A stretch of 63,101 nucleotides of DNA, the filler included, from Chiloscyllium plagiosum (lineage: Eukaryota), in assembly GCF_004010195.1 (NCBI RefSeq). It is 4 parts of one record of this genome, joined end to end, with 100 filler letters (N's around TTAATTAATTAA, not from the genome) between each part and the next. Parts side by side here need not be neighbours in the genome. Positions count along the whole stretch, not along the records: positions 32,087 to 53,900 come from NC_057717.1; positions 54,001 to 63,101 come from NC_057717.1; 2 more parts are not named here. One strand, given 5' to 3'. The notes under the pieces were generated by a model. That model searched no databases, had not been told where the DNA came from, and worked only from the letters and a program-made list of their open reading frames with translations. This document shows positions 47,602 to 60,919 of the stretch, piece by piece. The stretch's first letter is position 1; each line of letters opens with the position of its first letter. Position numbers and translations under genes: made by a program.

Positions 47602-49335
47602 GTGTCAGAGAGGTGCAGCACAGAAACAGACCTTTGGTCCAATTGGTCCATGCCAACTAGGAATCCTAAACTAATTGGGTCCCATTTGCCAGCTATTGGT
47701 CCATATCATTCGAAACCCTTCGTATTCGTGTACCCAATCGGATGCCTTTTGAATGTTGTAATTCTATCAGACACCACTACTTCATCTGGCAGCTCATTCC
47801 ACACAGCACAGCTTGAACATGTGACCCCTTAGATCCCTTTTAAAATTTTGCCCTCTCAACTTAAACCCATGTGCTCTTGTTTTGACCCATCCAACCTGGG
47901 GGGAAAAGACTCCAGCTGTTCACCATTTCCATGCCCGTCGTGATTTTATAAATCTCCGTAAAATCACCTCTCAGTCTTTGACTCTCCAGGGAAATTAACC
48001 CTGGCCTATTCAGCCTCTCCCTTTAGCTCAAATCCTCCAACCCTGGCAAAATCGTTGTAAATCTTGTCTGAACTCTTTCAAGATTCACAACATCCTTCCC
48101 AGAACAGGGAATTTTGAACCTAAAACAGAATTCCTGAATGGCTTAATCAATGTCCTGTCCTGCCACAATATGACGTCCCAGCTTCTGTATTCAATGCATT
48201 GACCAATAAATATAAGTGTACCAAACGCCACCTTCACTAGCCTTCCTACCTGCAACACCACTTTCAAGGAACAATGAACCTGCACACCATGGTTTCTTTG
48301 TTCAGCAACACTCCCAAGGACCTTACCATTGAGTGCATACGCCCTGCCCTGATTTGCCTTTCCAAAATACAACAGCTCATATTTATCCAAATTGAACTCC
48401 ATCTGCCATTCCTTGCTCCATTGGCCCATCTGATCAAGATCCTGTTGCATTCTGAACTAAATTCTTCACTGTCCACTACACCTCCAATTTTGGTGTTCTG
48501 TAAACCTACTGACCATACCTCATATTCACATCCAAGTCATTTATTTAAGGACCCCATATCCATTCCTGCAGCACAATGCTGCTCACAGGCCTCCAGTCCA
48601 CAAAGCAACCCACCATCACCACCCTCTGCCGCCTACCTTCAAGCCAGTTTTGTATCCAAATGTCTGGTTCTCCCAACATTCAATGTTATCTAACCTTGCT
48701 AACCAGTATTCTCAGTGTCCATATAGACAACGTCCACAGTCTGCCTTCAAAAAAAAACTCAATCAGGTTAGAGAGAGAGAATTTCCCACACACAAAGCCA
48801 CGTAGACTTTCACTAATCATTCCTCGTCTTTCCATGTAAATCTTATCCCTCAGAATCCCTTCCAACAGTTTGCCTGCCACTGACGTGAGGGTGACTGTCC
48901 TCTTGCTCCCTGTCCTTTCCTTACCACCTTTTTAAAATAATGGCACACGTCTTCCAGCACCTCACCTGTCACAAACGATGATATAAATATCTCAGGGAGG
49001 GGCACTGCTGTCAATTTCCTAGCTTTCCACAAATTTCTGGGATACCCCTTGCTACGATTTAAGACATCCAGTACCACCTCCTCTGTAATATGGACACTTT
49101 TCAAGTTATCTCTATTATTTCTCCAAACTCTCTAGAACAGAATAGCATAGTATCTCTCCCACCTCCCGTTGTTCCATAAATAGCCTTGTTGATCTTTAAG
49201 GTGTCCTATTCTCTGCCTGGCTATTCTTTTATCCTTGATGTACTTGTAGAATCTCTTTGGATTCTCCTTAAACTATTTCCTAAGATATTTCAAGTCCTCT
49301 TTTTGCTCTCCTGATTACCCTCGAGTATATTCCTG
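47602..49335 (-). mobile_element. CR1 3' end and RT, paralogous to 39278-41520
   Basis: QQDLDQMGQWSKEWQMEFNLDK; GKLLEGILRDKIY...GFVCGKFSLSNLIEFF. Confidence 0.88.
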
Positions 49336-49337
49336 TA

Positions 49338-49680
49338 AAAACGTGATCCTGTACTCCCACTTCCTCTGCTTCTGCCATATCTGCTCCCAGCAGAAGCAAT
49401 TCCACTGCAGGACATCCCAGAAAGGTTTCCTATTTCAAGGACCACATCTCCCTTCCACGTGATCAACAATGCCCTTCAATGCACATCCTCCACTTCCTGC
49501 ACCTTCGCCTTTACCTCATATTCCAGCACAAGAAGAATATAATCCACCGGTCCTCACTTGCCACCCCACTTATCACCAGATACAGCGCATTATCCTCTGC
49601 CATTTCCGCTATCTACAGTCAGACCCCACCACCAGGAATATATTTCCATCCCCAGCCCTTTCTATGTTCCGCAGAGACCA
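49338..49680 (+). mobile_element. Penelope-like linker-region fragment
   Basis: PPVLTCHPTYHQIQRIILCHFRYLQSDPTTRNIFPSPALSMFRRDH, typical of the PLE region between RT and GIY-YIG. Confidence 0.8.
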
Positions 49681-49774
49681 TGGGAATTTTGGTGCTGATG
49701 TGCTGTCCTACGGATACCTCAGTCACTCACCCTGCCAAATGGCCGAGTGATATTTTCGCTAAATGGATAATCTA

Positions 49775-50053
49775 GATACCCAGATAACGTTCTGGAGCCC
49801 TGGGTGTGAATCCTACCATAGCAGATGGTGGAATGTGAATTCGATAAAAATTTGGAATTAGGAATCTATGAAAGACTATGAATCCATTGTCGATTGTTGC
49901 GGAAAAAAACCCCATCAGATTCACTAATGTCCTTCAGGGAAGTAATCTGCCATCCTTACCTGGTCTGGCCTACATGTGACTCAAGACCCACCGCAATGTG
50001 ACTGCCCTTTGGGCCCAGCCAGTGACACCCGCATCCTTTGAATGAATAAAAAA
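49775..50053 (+). mobile_element. SacSINE/Deu-like SINE (partial copy at ~53345-53465; minus-strand copy at ~59755-59965)
   Basis: tRNA-like head, gcagatggtggaat core, cctggtctggcctacatgtgactc and gaatgaataaaaaa tail. Confidence 0.7.
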
Positions 50054-50059
50054 GATCAA

Positions 50060-50830
50060 GTCTTGTATACAACCATACTATTCTTACAGATAAGTGATGT
50101 CTTCATAAATTTGCTTCTCAATTCCCCGATGACTATTGGGGAAGGGGTGAGGAGGGGTCAATAGTACAATCCCAGTAAGGAGATCATCCCTTTCTTATTT
50201 CTCAGTTCCACCTGTATAACTTGCGTCGATGTACTTTCAGGAATACCCTCTTGAAGCCTAGCTGTAATGTTATCCCTCATCAAAAATACCACTCTGTTGC
50301 CCCCTTTCTATCTTTGCTATCGCATCTATACACTGGAACATTAAGCTGCTAGTCCAATCCATCCCTGAGTCATGACTCTGTAATTGCTATAATATCCCAG
50401 TGCCATGTTCAAAACTATGCCCTGAGCTCATCTGCCTGACCTATCGGGCAGGTGAAATAAATGCAGTGTAACTGCTCAGTCCGACCTCGTTCTCTGCCAT
50501 GCCTTTGCCTGCCTTGACTGTTTGACGTCTGAACTGTCCCAGCCTCAGACTTAGCTCTTTCCTCACTTTCTCTTTCAGTTTACCCACATTCCTTCACTGT
50601 TTAATGCCTCCTGAATAGCACTAGCAACTCTTCCTTTCCAGTGCAGGTACAATCCATCCTTCGGATGGAGGTCAATTCTATCCCACAAGAGATTCCAATG
50701 ATCCAACAATGTGAACTCTTCTCTTCCGATGTCATTGATACCAATAAACAATAGCCTCCCCTCAAAATGATTATTCTCCCCTTTAAGAATATTCTGCTCC
50801 CTCTCTGAGACATCCTTATACAAAAATTAC
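50060..50830 (-). mobile_element. CR1 5' portion: ORF1 SGNH esterase remnant and endonuclease
   Basis: DVSEREQNILKGE...IGINDIG...LDHWNLLW...DGLYL corresponds to the GxND and DGLH blocks of CR1 ORF1 esterases. Confidence 0.8.
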
Positions 50831-51480
50831 ACATTCGAATAATAAACCTTACACTCATCAGGTCATCATAAAAGGATTACATGACACATTGAAGGTTTGG
50901 GGAGACCTTTTGAGAGAATGCGATGATTCAAAGGAGAATTTTTAAGCAGCAAATGGGACTGATCTGGAACACAATACTCACACACACAATGCGAATATCC
51001 AGGTCCTGATATACTGAGTAATTCAATCAGAGTTTAGCAGAATATTTACTAAGATTACCATCTGAATGTCCACCTGTAATATCCTGTAATACAAGTTTAT
51101 AAAATCTGTCACTCTCAGTTCAAGTTAGAAACTCTCACCATCTCCTCCTCGTGGCCCAGGATTACTGTCCATATTACCCTTGAGGTCAACAGCATTCAAC
51201 TCAGAGGGAAATCTGTGGATTTCTAGGAGATTCCAACTTGAGATCTCATGTGACTGAACACAGCAGTTCTTTGACACATTGGAGAAAATGATCAAAGCAT
51301 CAGTAAGATATGGGGATCAAGAATTATTTTCTTTTCTTTCATTCCGTGCGGCCACTCTGCCTCATCAATAAGACATGGGTGTGAAAGGCTAATGCATAAC
51401 GATGGGCAAGTTGTCTCCATCCTGACCAATGGGTAGGAGGATCATCCCAATCACTGCAAAGCGTATCCCCAAAAAGATAG

Positions 51481-51727
51481 CAACTCTGCCTGCTTCCCAC
51501 TGCCCAGTGCTCCCAGTAAATGTTTGGAAGAATGGGAAGAGGGGGGGGGGGATATCTCCTAGAAAAGGCATAACTGTAAAGGTCTAAGAGGATTATGAAA
51601 AGAGCAACTCTGCCTGCTTCCCACTGCCCAGTGCTCCCAGTAAATGTTTGGAAGAATTGGAAGGGGGGGGGGGGATATCTCCTAGAAAAGGCATAACTGT
51701 AAAGGTCTAAGAGGATTATGAAAAGAG
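51481..51727. repeat. 124-bp tandem duplication
   Basis: caactctgcctgcttccc... starts at 51481 and 51605; nearly identical except around the G-run. Confidence 0.95.
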
Positions 51728-52379
51728 AGAGATGCACAGGAGAAGGGAGTAACAAGTTGGCAGATGGGGTGTAACTTGGGAAAATGGGAAGTTGCTCATT
51801 TTGGAGGAGATAATAAAAGAACAAAGTACTATTTAAATGGTGGAAACTGTAGAAAACTGCACCACAAAGGGACCAGGGGTAATTGTTCAGGAAACACAGA
51901 AAGCAACCACACAGTTACAACAGGGAATCAGGAAGGGGAATGGAATGTTTTGTTTCAAAGGTTTTCAGTACTAGAGTTTGGAGTATATACCTGAGAGTAA
52001 TGTGTGGAAGTGCTGGTGAGACACACCATATCTGCAGTAATGAGAGCAGTTTTGGTCCCTTTAGATAAGGGAATGTGTCACTTTATTGGAGGCATTTCAG
52101 GGAAGATTCAATGAGATGATCCCTGGTTTGGAGGAATTATCTTTTAAATAAAGGCTGAAAAGGTTGGGACTCTATTCACTGGATTTTGGAGAAAGAGAGG
52201 TGGTCTCATTGAGACATATGGGATTCTTCAGTGGTTTGACAGGATAAATACTGAGAGGATGTGTCTGAGGGTAAATACTGAGAGGGGAGTCTGAAACCAG
52301 ATTCTGAGTCATGGAATCAAGGGTTCTGTTTTGGATTCAGGTTTAAGGTGACACAGATGTGGGTAAGGGGTTTCAGTAG

Positions 52380-53330
52380 CAATGGAGCTCGGGTGAGGTG
52401 GAGAAAAGCAACGTTTAAGAGATTGGAATTCCTGCTGTTGTGATTGTGTGGATGTCTGATCAGAATGTCACCTTGGGGTCAGATATAACAGCAATATTGT
52501 GAAGAGTGTCATTCTGCCTCAGAGAGTTCCCAGTGGGAAGGAGGGGCTCAGCAGAAAGGTAATGGTAAGGCAACGGGTTTAACCGTGATAATGTTTCATT
52601 GGAGGAAATTGCAGCTAATCGAGTAGTGGGAATGTGATAAGCAGTTTAATAACTGAATAACAGTGGAGTAATGGAGAGGGATGATGGGAGGGAGGGGGGG
52701 TGAAGATCTGGGCATCATCAGTGTACATGTCAAACCTAATACAGTGTTTTTGGATGATATCACCGCCTGGCAGTATGTACGTGAGATACAGGAGAGACCA
52801 AAGATCGATCGTTGAGGGACACCAAATGTAAGGAATTCAGAAAGGAAAGGGAGAGTGGAGATGGAGCAGGATTTTCCAACAACGGTGAGGTCAAATATTA
52901 GTTTTTCACAGAATGGGAGAGAAGGACATAACCAAAAAAGACCAACAGACAGAACAAGGAACAATATCTATGAATTGGCGAGGGGGAGGAAAGAGAGTTG
53001 GAAAATGAATTTAGCGAGATTAGAGTAAAGGGTCAAGTTGAGCTCTGATAAGGCTTGACAAGAGACTGGAGAAAGATGTAGGTTTAGGACAAAAACCAGG
53101 AAAACCACGTGAGGCAGTTTGGTTCGGTGGGCTAGTGGGAGGGGGAGAAGCAGCAGATCGGATTATCTCAGCCTTAGTGACAGAAAAACTCCATGTGCTC
53201 CTCACTCGTTGTTGGAGGGGAGGGTGGAGGAGACAGGATGATGGACAGTGTTTTACAAAGAAGCAAAACCAGGGTTGGTGATATTTAAAACGAGTGAACA
53301 AACCTGATGTATTTTCCTTTATCCAGATTA
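52380..53330 (-). mobile_element. L2-clade LINE fragment
   Basis: GVPQRSIFG then, across a frameshift, GDIIQKHCIRFDMYTDDAQI (L2-type YADDTQ motif). Confidence 0.75.
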
Positions 53331-53755
53331 TTAAAACAAACGACTGAAGTCCTGGTTCGAATCCCATCTTGGCAGATGGTGGAATCTGAATTCAAGAAAA
53401 AAAAAACGTATTAAGAATCTCCAGATCTCCACGAAACCATTGTCAATGGCGAAACAAATCCTGCCAACCTGACAGCGGCCCAGCCAGCTATTCACTGTAT
53501 TAATCACTCCAAAGTCTCAACACAGGAATGAAACTGGATGGACCACTCGGCATCTAAGAAGGCACCATTTAATACAACCACAGATTCAGCCCTCTCAGTG
53601 GTGCAACGTCCTCCTCACTAACATATGGTTTTTGATGCCAAAATGTGCAGAGCTGTCTCACAGACTAGTCAAGGAACAGCCTGACAGAGTCATACTCACG
53701 GAATCATCCCTTACAAACAATGACCGGACACCACCATCACCATATCTAGATATCG

Positions 53756-53900
53756 AGAGTGTGGTGCTGGAAAAACACAACAGTCAGGCAGCATCCGAGG
53801 AGCAGGAGAATCGACGTTTGGAGCCTAAGCCCTTCATCAGCCTGACCTGCTGTGCTTTTCCAGCACCAGACTCTTGACTCTGATCTCCAGCATCTGCAGT
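53756..53900. mobile_element. Penelope-terminus fold-back with decayed hammerhead core
   Basis: gtgtggtgctggaaaaacaca...gtcaggc pairs with gcctgacctgctgtgcttttccagcaccagac; the minus strand has CTGATGAagggcttaggctcCAAAcgtc. Confidence 0.75.
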
Positions 53901-54469
53901 NNNNNNNNNNNNNNNNNNNNNNNNNNNNNNNNNNNNNNNNNNNNTTAATTAATTAANNNNNNNNNNNNNNNNNNNNNNNNNNNNNNNNNNNNNNNNNNNN
54001 GATCACTCGCTGGAGACTCGACAATCCTTTCAGGACCCTGCAGCACTCCCGATCCCAATGAAAACTGTGACTATCCCAATTCAGTTCCGACAAGACTCAC
54101 TATCTGTGTGACATCCTCCTGTCGCCAGCACCCACCCTATCAATGTAAGTTCCTCCTATATCTCCATGCATTTACTCATCTCCATAACCTTCTCCAATTC
54201 TTACACCCGTACCTGTGTAAATGTCACCCTCCCCTACAAACCTTCCCAAATTGACCAAACTGGAGGAGGTTACTTATGCTTCCTTATCTGTGAAACTGTC
54301 TCCAACCAAAATTACTGTCCTTCTGGAAAATCCGTCAGACCCCACACCCTCCATGTCTAAATAATCTGCAGAAGTAAACCTTCCTATATCTATGAACATC
54401 TTCAGTCACAACTACCCTCCATATCTCTGTTTGGTCCTCCAGTCTATACAACCCACTTTACCTCTGTCA

Positions 54470-55835
54470 TCTGTTCCATTCACCACACTCTGAGGAAAGA
54501 AGCTTCATGTCATCCACCCTGTCTGTACATCCCATGAATTTGTAGACCTCAATCAGGCCCCCAATCAACCTTTGTCTTTCTAATGAAAATAATCCGAATC
54601 TATTCATACTTCCTAAATAACTAGCCCCTTCCATACCAGACAACATCCTGGTGAACCTCCTCTGCACCTTCTCCAAAGCATCCACATCCTTTTGATAATG
54701 TGGTGATCAGAACTGCATGTATTATTCCAAATGAGGTCGAAATAAAGTCCAATAAAACTGTAACATGACCTGCCAACTCTTTTACTCAATATACCATCCA
54801 ATGAAGGAAATCATGCCGTATGCTGCCTTAACCACTTTACTGGCCTGTGTTGTCACCTTCAAGGAACAATGGACCCGAATACCCAGATCTCTCTGTACGT
54901 CAGATTTCCCCAGGACTTTTCCATTTAGTTTGGTCTTTAATTGGATCTTCTGAAATGCATCACCTTGCATTTGCCTGGACTGGTCTCCCCATCTGCCATT
55001 TCTCTGCCCATCTTTCCCCTGCTGTATACTCTGCCAGTCCCCTTCACTATCTGCTGCTCCACCAATCTTAGTGTCATCTGCAAACTTGCTAATCAGACAA
55101 ACTATACCTTCCTCCAAATTATTTATGTATATCACAAAAAGCAGTGAACCCAGCACGGATCCTTGTGGAACAGCACTGGGCACAGGTCACCATTTTGAGA
55201 AATTCATTTTACTATAATCCGTGTGCATGTCCAAAGGTTAAGTAAATGTCCCGAATGTAACTATCTCTACCACCAACGCTGGCAGTGCATTCCACATACC
55301 CACCACTCTCTGCATAATGTACCTACCTCTGACATCTCCCATAAACCTACCGCCAATTACCTTAAACTTATGCCCCATCGTAATAGCCATTTTCACAATG
55401 GGAAAATTCTCGGGCCACCCACCCTCTGTATGCCTCGCATCATCTCGTACACCTCAATCAAGTCAGCTCTCATCCTTTTTCATTCCAATGGGAGAAGGCC
55501 TGGCTTCCCCAACATTTCTTCATTAGACTTACCTCCAATCCAGAAAACATCCTGAAAAATCTCTTCTGCGCCCTCTCCAAAGTTTCCACATCTTTCCTAT
55601 AATGAGGCGACCAGAATATAACACAATATTCCAAGAGTGGACTAACCAGGGCTGTATGGAGCTGCAGCCTCACGTCACAGGTCTTAAACTCAATCCCCCT
55701 GCTAATGAATGCTAAGACATCACACGCCTTCTTAACACCCTTTCAACACGGCTGGCATATGTGAAGGGTCTATGGACGTGGACCCCCAAAATTCTTCTGT
55801 TACTCCACACTACCAAGACTCCTGCCTTTTACCCA
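54470..55835 (-). mobile_element. Two adjacent CR1 3' fragments
   Basis: SAVPQGSVLGSLLFVIYINNL...SKFADDTK (54782-55183); second copy PLLEYCVIFWSPHYRKDVE (55470-55673). Confidence 0.9.
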
Positions 55836-56639
55836 GTAGAGGTTCTCAGCAGAAACCTTCATTCTTAAACCCTCCCGATTTTGGTACCTTCCTCCAGTCC
55901 CCACAAAACTCATAAACTGTGAAACGTCTTCCAGTCCCTAAAATCCTCCTTAACTCTGTAACCTCCTTTATTAGCGTGAACCGTTGAAATGATCGAAGCC
56001 AATTTTAGCTTTTTCAATATTACTAATAACTGCAAAATCCTCCAATCCTGATATTCCTCCCTAACTTTGTACCCCCCACCGTCCTCCAGTACTCTTCTGG
56101 GGAATATTGCAGAGGAAGGAAGAGTTTTAGCATCCAGGTCATGTTACGAGCTAGGAAGGGCTGCAGAACCTGGAGGGTGGTCTAAATATAGGAGGGGATA
56201 GGGATCCTGCAGCAGGTTAGAGGGACCGAGATTCATAGAACCTGCAGGATGGGACCGGGAATGGTTTGTGGAACCTGAAGGATATTTTAGTCTGAATGAC
56301 TGATTTATTTTTGATTAGCATGTTGGGCCGATTTTGATTACCTAAATTTGGAGATGTTTACCAGAATGTCTGTGCACAGCTTCAGATTTCCAGGCTGGGA
56401 GATGTGAGTTCAGATGTGAATCTATTTGCACATTCTGTCTGTGTGTCTGATACTGACCTGGAGCTGCTCTGATAGAAAGCACTCTCCGTGTATCTGGTGG
56501 CCTCCAGATCTACATGGCTGACAAGAGCTCACCTCATCGAAGCCTTCATTTAGAATGTGCTTTATTTTTTCATTATTTTCAAATGGCAGTTTCGTGAGAT
56601 GCGCGAATTGGGGTTTGGAAAAATGAAACCTTTTTCATT

Positions 56640-58640
56640 GGAAGATGGGAAGCCTACAAAAATGAGATTACGGCTTTCCAGAGACAGTATAAAGTATTCC
56701 TATTAGGATGGAAGGAAATGCTGGTGGGTGTAGCTTATGCTGGATGACTAGAGAACTAAGCTTTTGGTTAAGAAAAAGAAGGAAAAAATTGCCAGGTATA
56801 GACACGAGAAATCAAGTGAATCCTCAGACTATAAAGGTAGGAGGAGTGTACTTATGAGTGTAATCGGGGAGTAAATAGGGGACACGAGATAGCTCTGGCA
56901 AAAAGGGTAAAGGAGAATCCAAAGGGTTTTTATAAATACATAAAAGACAAGAGGGTAAGGAAGGAGAAAATAGGGCCCCTCAAAGATCAGCAAGGCAACC
57001 TTTGTGTGCAGCCGCAGGAGATGGGGGCGATAATAAACAAGTGTTTTGCATCGTGTTTACTGTGGCGAAGGAAATGGAAGAGAAAGAATGTGGGGAAATA
57101 GACGGTGACAACTTGAAAACGTCCATATTAAAGAGGAGGAGGAGCTGGATGTCTTGAAACACTTAAAAGTGCATAAATCCCCAGGAACTGTCAGGTGTAC
57201 CTTGGAATTTTGTGGGAAGCTAGGGAAATGATCGATGTGCCCCATGCTGAGAAGTTTGTATAATCGATCATCACAGGTGAGGTATTTGAAATTTTGAGGT
57301 TCTCTAAAGTGGTGCCACTATTTAAGAAAGGTGGTCAAGGAAAGCTAGGGAACTATAGACCAGTGAGCCTGACATCAGTAGTTGGTAAAGTGTTGGAGTG
57401 AATCCTGCGAGATAGAATTTACATGTATTTGGAATGGCAAGGAGTGACTAGGGATAGTCAGCATGGCTGTGAGTGTGGGAAAACATGTCACAAGAAATTG
57501 ATTGCGTTTTTTGAAGAAGTAACAAAATGGATTGATGAGGGCCAATCATTGGATGTGATCTATATAGACTTCAGCGAGGCGTTCGAAAAAGTTCCTCCTG
57601 GAAGACCGGTTCGCAAGGTTAGATCTCATGGAACACAGGGAGAACTAGCCATTTGGATAGAGAACTGGCTCGAAGGTAGAAGACAGAGGGTGGTGGCAGA
57701 CAGTTGCTTTTTACACTGGAGGCCGATGGTGTGCCACAAAGATCGGTGCTGGGTACACTACTTTTCATCATTATATAAAAGATTTGGACGTAAACGTAGG
57801 AGGTACATTTAATAACTTTGCAGATTGCACCAAAATTTGAGATATAGTGAACAGTGAAGAAGGTTGCCTCAGATTACAAAGGGATCTTGATCAGATGGGC
57901 AAATGGGCTGAGGAATGACAGATGGAGTTTAATTCAGATAAATGTGAGGTGCTGCATTTTGGGAAAGCACATCTGAGCAGGGCTTATACACTTAATGGTA
58001 AGGTCCGAGGGAGTGTTGCTGAATAAAGAGACCTTGGAGCTCATAGTCGAGTCGCAGGTAAGCGGATAGTGAAGAAGGTGTTTGGTATGTTTTCCTTTAT
58101 TGGTCAGATCATTGACTGCAGGAGTTTGGAGGTCATGTTGCAGGTGTGCAGGACACTGGTTCGGCCACTTTTGGAATATTGCGTGAAATTCTGGTTTTTT
58201 TACTACTGGAAAGATAGTGTGAAACATGTAAGTGTTCAGAAAGGTTTACAAGGATGTTGTCAGGGTTAGACAATTTGAGCTATTGGAAGAAGCTGAAACG
58301 ACTGGGACTGTTTTCCTTGGAGTGTCGGAGGCTGAGGGGTGACATTCTTGAGGTTTGTAAAATCATGAGGGGCATGGATAGGATAAACAGACAATGTCTT
58401 TTCCCTGGGGTGATGGAGGCCAGAGCCAGAGGGTATAGGTTTAGGGTGAGAGATGGAAGATTTAAAAGGGACCGAAGGGGTAACGTTTTCACGCAGAATG
58501 TGGTGTATGTATGTAATGTATTGCCAGAGGAAATGGTGGAGGCTGGTACAATTGCAGCATTCAGAAGGCATCTGGATTGGTATGTGAATAAAAACGGTTT
58601 AGTGGGATATGGGTCAAGTGCTGGCAGATGGAACGATGTG
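56640..58640 (+). mobile_element. ~2-kb decayed CR1 ORF2
   Basis: NYRPVSLTSVVGK; FFEEVTKWIDEG...IYIDFSEAFEKVP; VRPLLEYCV; RRLRGDILEVCKIMRG. Confidence 0.92.
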
Positions 58641-59070
58641 TTATTCAAAGAAACACTGATTAAAACATTCAAGGAGGATCTCGGATAATATCATTCTTGC
58701 CAATATGTCTGTCCCAGATTATACAAAGATTGAAGTCTCCCCAAAATTATCACACCACCTTTGTTACAAAGTACAATGAACTCCTGTTTAATGCAGGGAT
58801 GAGCAACTAAATACTGCGAAGCAGCTTAAAAGTTGGCCTCTTACTTTTGTTTTTGAAACGTCGCACCCAGAATTTGCATTTAGACTGATTCAGCTGCATA
58901 ATCTGAGGCCAAATGCTTTCTCTGTAATGCCTTTGTTATCCATTAGTGTCAGGGTTCCCATCTTGCTTTTCCATGCTGCCTGAGATCCTGTAAGGTTGTT
59001 CATAGTTGAATATTTATGCTCCACCTTTTGTTCACCCTGTAACCACGTCTGTCTGGTGACTAAATCTCCA

Positions 59071-59426
59071 TTAGATGAGATGAGATTAGATTACTTTACA
59101 GTGTGGAAACAGGCCCTTCGGCCCAACAAGTCCACACCGACCCGCCGAAGCGCAACCTACCCAGAACCATTCCCCTACATTTACCCCTGCACCTAACACT
59201 ACGGGCAATTTAGCATGGCCAATTCACCTGACCTGCACATTTTTAGACTGTGGGAGGAAGCCGGAACACCCGGAGGAAACCCACGCAGACACGGGGAGAA
59301 TGTGCAAACTCCAGACAGTCAGTCGCCTGAGGCGGGAATTGAACCCGGGTCTCTGGCGCTCTGAGGCAGCAGTGGGCGGCACGGTGGCACAGTGGATAGC
59401 ACTGTGGTTAATCTAATCTCATCTAA
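59071..59426 (-). mobile_element. HE1-like SINE with inverted 5' head and a second, opposite tail
   Basis: Minus-strand body 59071-59374; plus-strand head ggcggcacggtggcacagtggatagcactg at 59375-59404; taatctaatctcatctaa at 59409-59426. Confidence 0.9.
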
Positions 59427-60919
59427 ATTTCATTTTTCTCTGTGTGACAAGTCACCATAATGCAGATACTTTGTCCATTCCAAAACTAAACAACATTATA
59501 ATTTGCATTTTCCCACAATGTCCTGTCACAATCCTATTCGCTGATGGACAGTTTTAGTTCAATTCTGTCCTTTCCTGTTCCTTTCTGCTAGTCTTCAGCC
59601 TCATTCCCATGCGGTTCCGAGCCTTCACTTTTTCTCTTTGGTTTTGGAAATCTGGTTTCACCTGAACCCTGTCCCTGCATCCTTTATGTCAGTTTAAAGC
59701 TCTATCCATAAACCTCTAGACATGATTGGCCAGGACACTGCTCCCAGCATAGTTGGTTTTAATGCACTCATGTGATGTTGCTGTCTTTGGCTGGCCAGCA
59801 TCTCAGGCCCACCCCGACCAGTCTTAGAGCTGAGTGGCTTGTCAGACCATTTCAGAGGGCATCTGAGTGTCAAACCCATTGCTCTGAGTCTGGATTCATA
59901 TGTAGGCCAGATCGGCAACCAATAACTGATTTCCTTACTTAAATGGTATTCAGTGGTCAGATGGGTATCCCTGCTACCGGCATTAATTTCTGGATGCACA
60001 GTCGAGTGAGAGTAACGCGAGACCATTGCCTGGCCCACTGATAGCTCCCACATCCCTGAGTACTGACCCCGGGGCACCTTCTTCATAACAGTGGTTTGAT
60101 CGTAATGCCTTTCTGCACTCTGGTGGTATCACTCAGTACGTCTCCATGTGATGTCTGTTACCGTGAGGTTTTAATTGCTGCCGGTGAGTGCAACGTTTGC
60201 AGCTACTCCAGATCCTGAGCCAAAAGAACTCTCCACTCCAGGGAGACGAGGCAGCACAGGCCAGGGATGGAGACAGAGATTTTCCAGATCTCTGTGGGGC
60301 TCAGTGCCATTCTCCATGTTTAAACCTCTCCGCATCAGTCTAATTTCCAATTCAGTCAATTTCTCTGTCTCCTGTAGGTGATCAGGATGCTTTTGACTCA
60401 GCAGAAGTCCAAATTCCTGTTTCATTCATCACCACACTGAAGACATTTGGTCAGCGAGAGTGAGATCTGGAGCCTTCAGTAAATCCTGCAGCGAGGTAAG
60501 ATCACTCACAGTGAACAGAGCAGAGTATACTTAAGGCATCGAACATTGGTACAGAAGACACGGCATAGATACAGTGTTGAAGCACGAACACAGAGCATGA
60601 TGGTTTCCAGGCTCAATCTCCACCATCTTGTTTATTTTCATCTCTGCTGTACCGAGCCTTCCCATGTCAATATAGTAAGTTGAAAGTTATCAATCCAGGC
60701 CTGTGCTGCCTTAGTGAGGATCAGTACAACAGAGGGGAAACCAGGCCTCCCCCCAAGGAGATGGCATTGAAACCTGGCATCCTTCTGTTCTATATTCCCC
60801 CCTCACGCTGTCTCTTGTCATGTGATAGAGTCATACAGCAAGGAAACATGCCTTTCGCTCCAACTCATTTGCGCCAGTATCTTGAATGCTTGTACTTGCC
60901 AGAAAATGTCCTGTTTCTA

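Noticed and set aside
51481..51727. 124-bp tandem duplication as a functional element
   Set aside because: Two near-identical units spanning a G homopolymer at a CR1 edge; a simple recent duplication or assembly stutter explains it.
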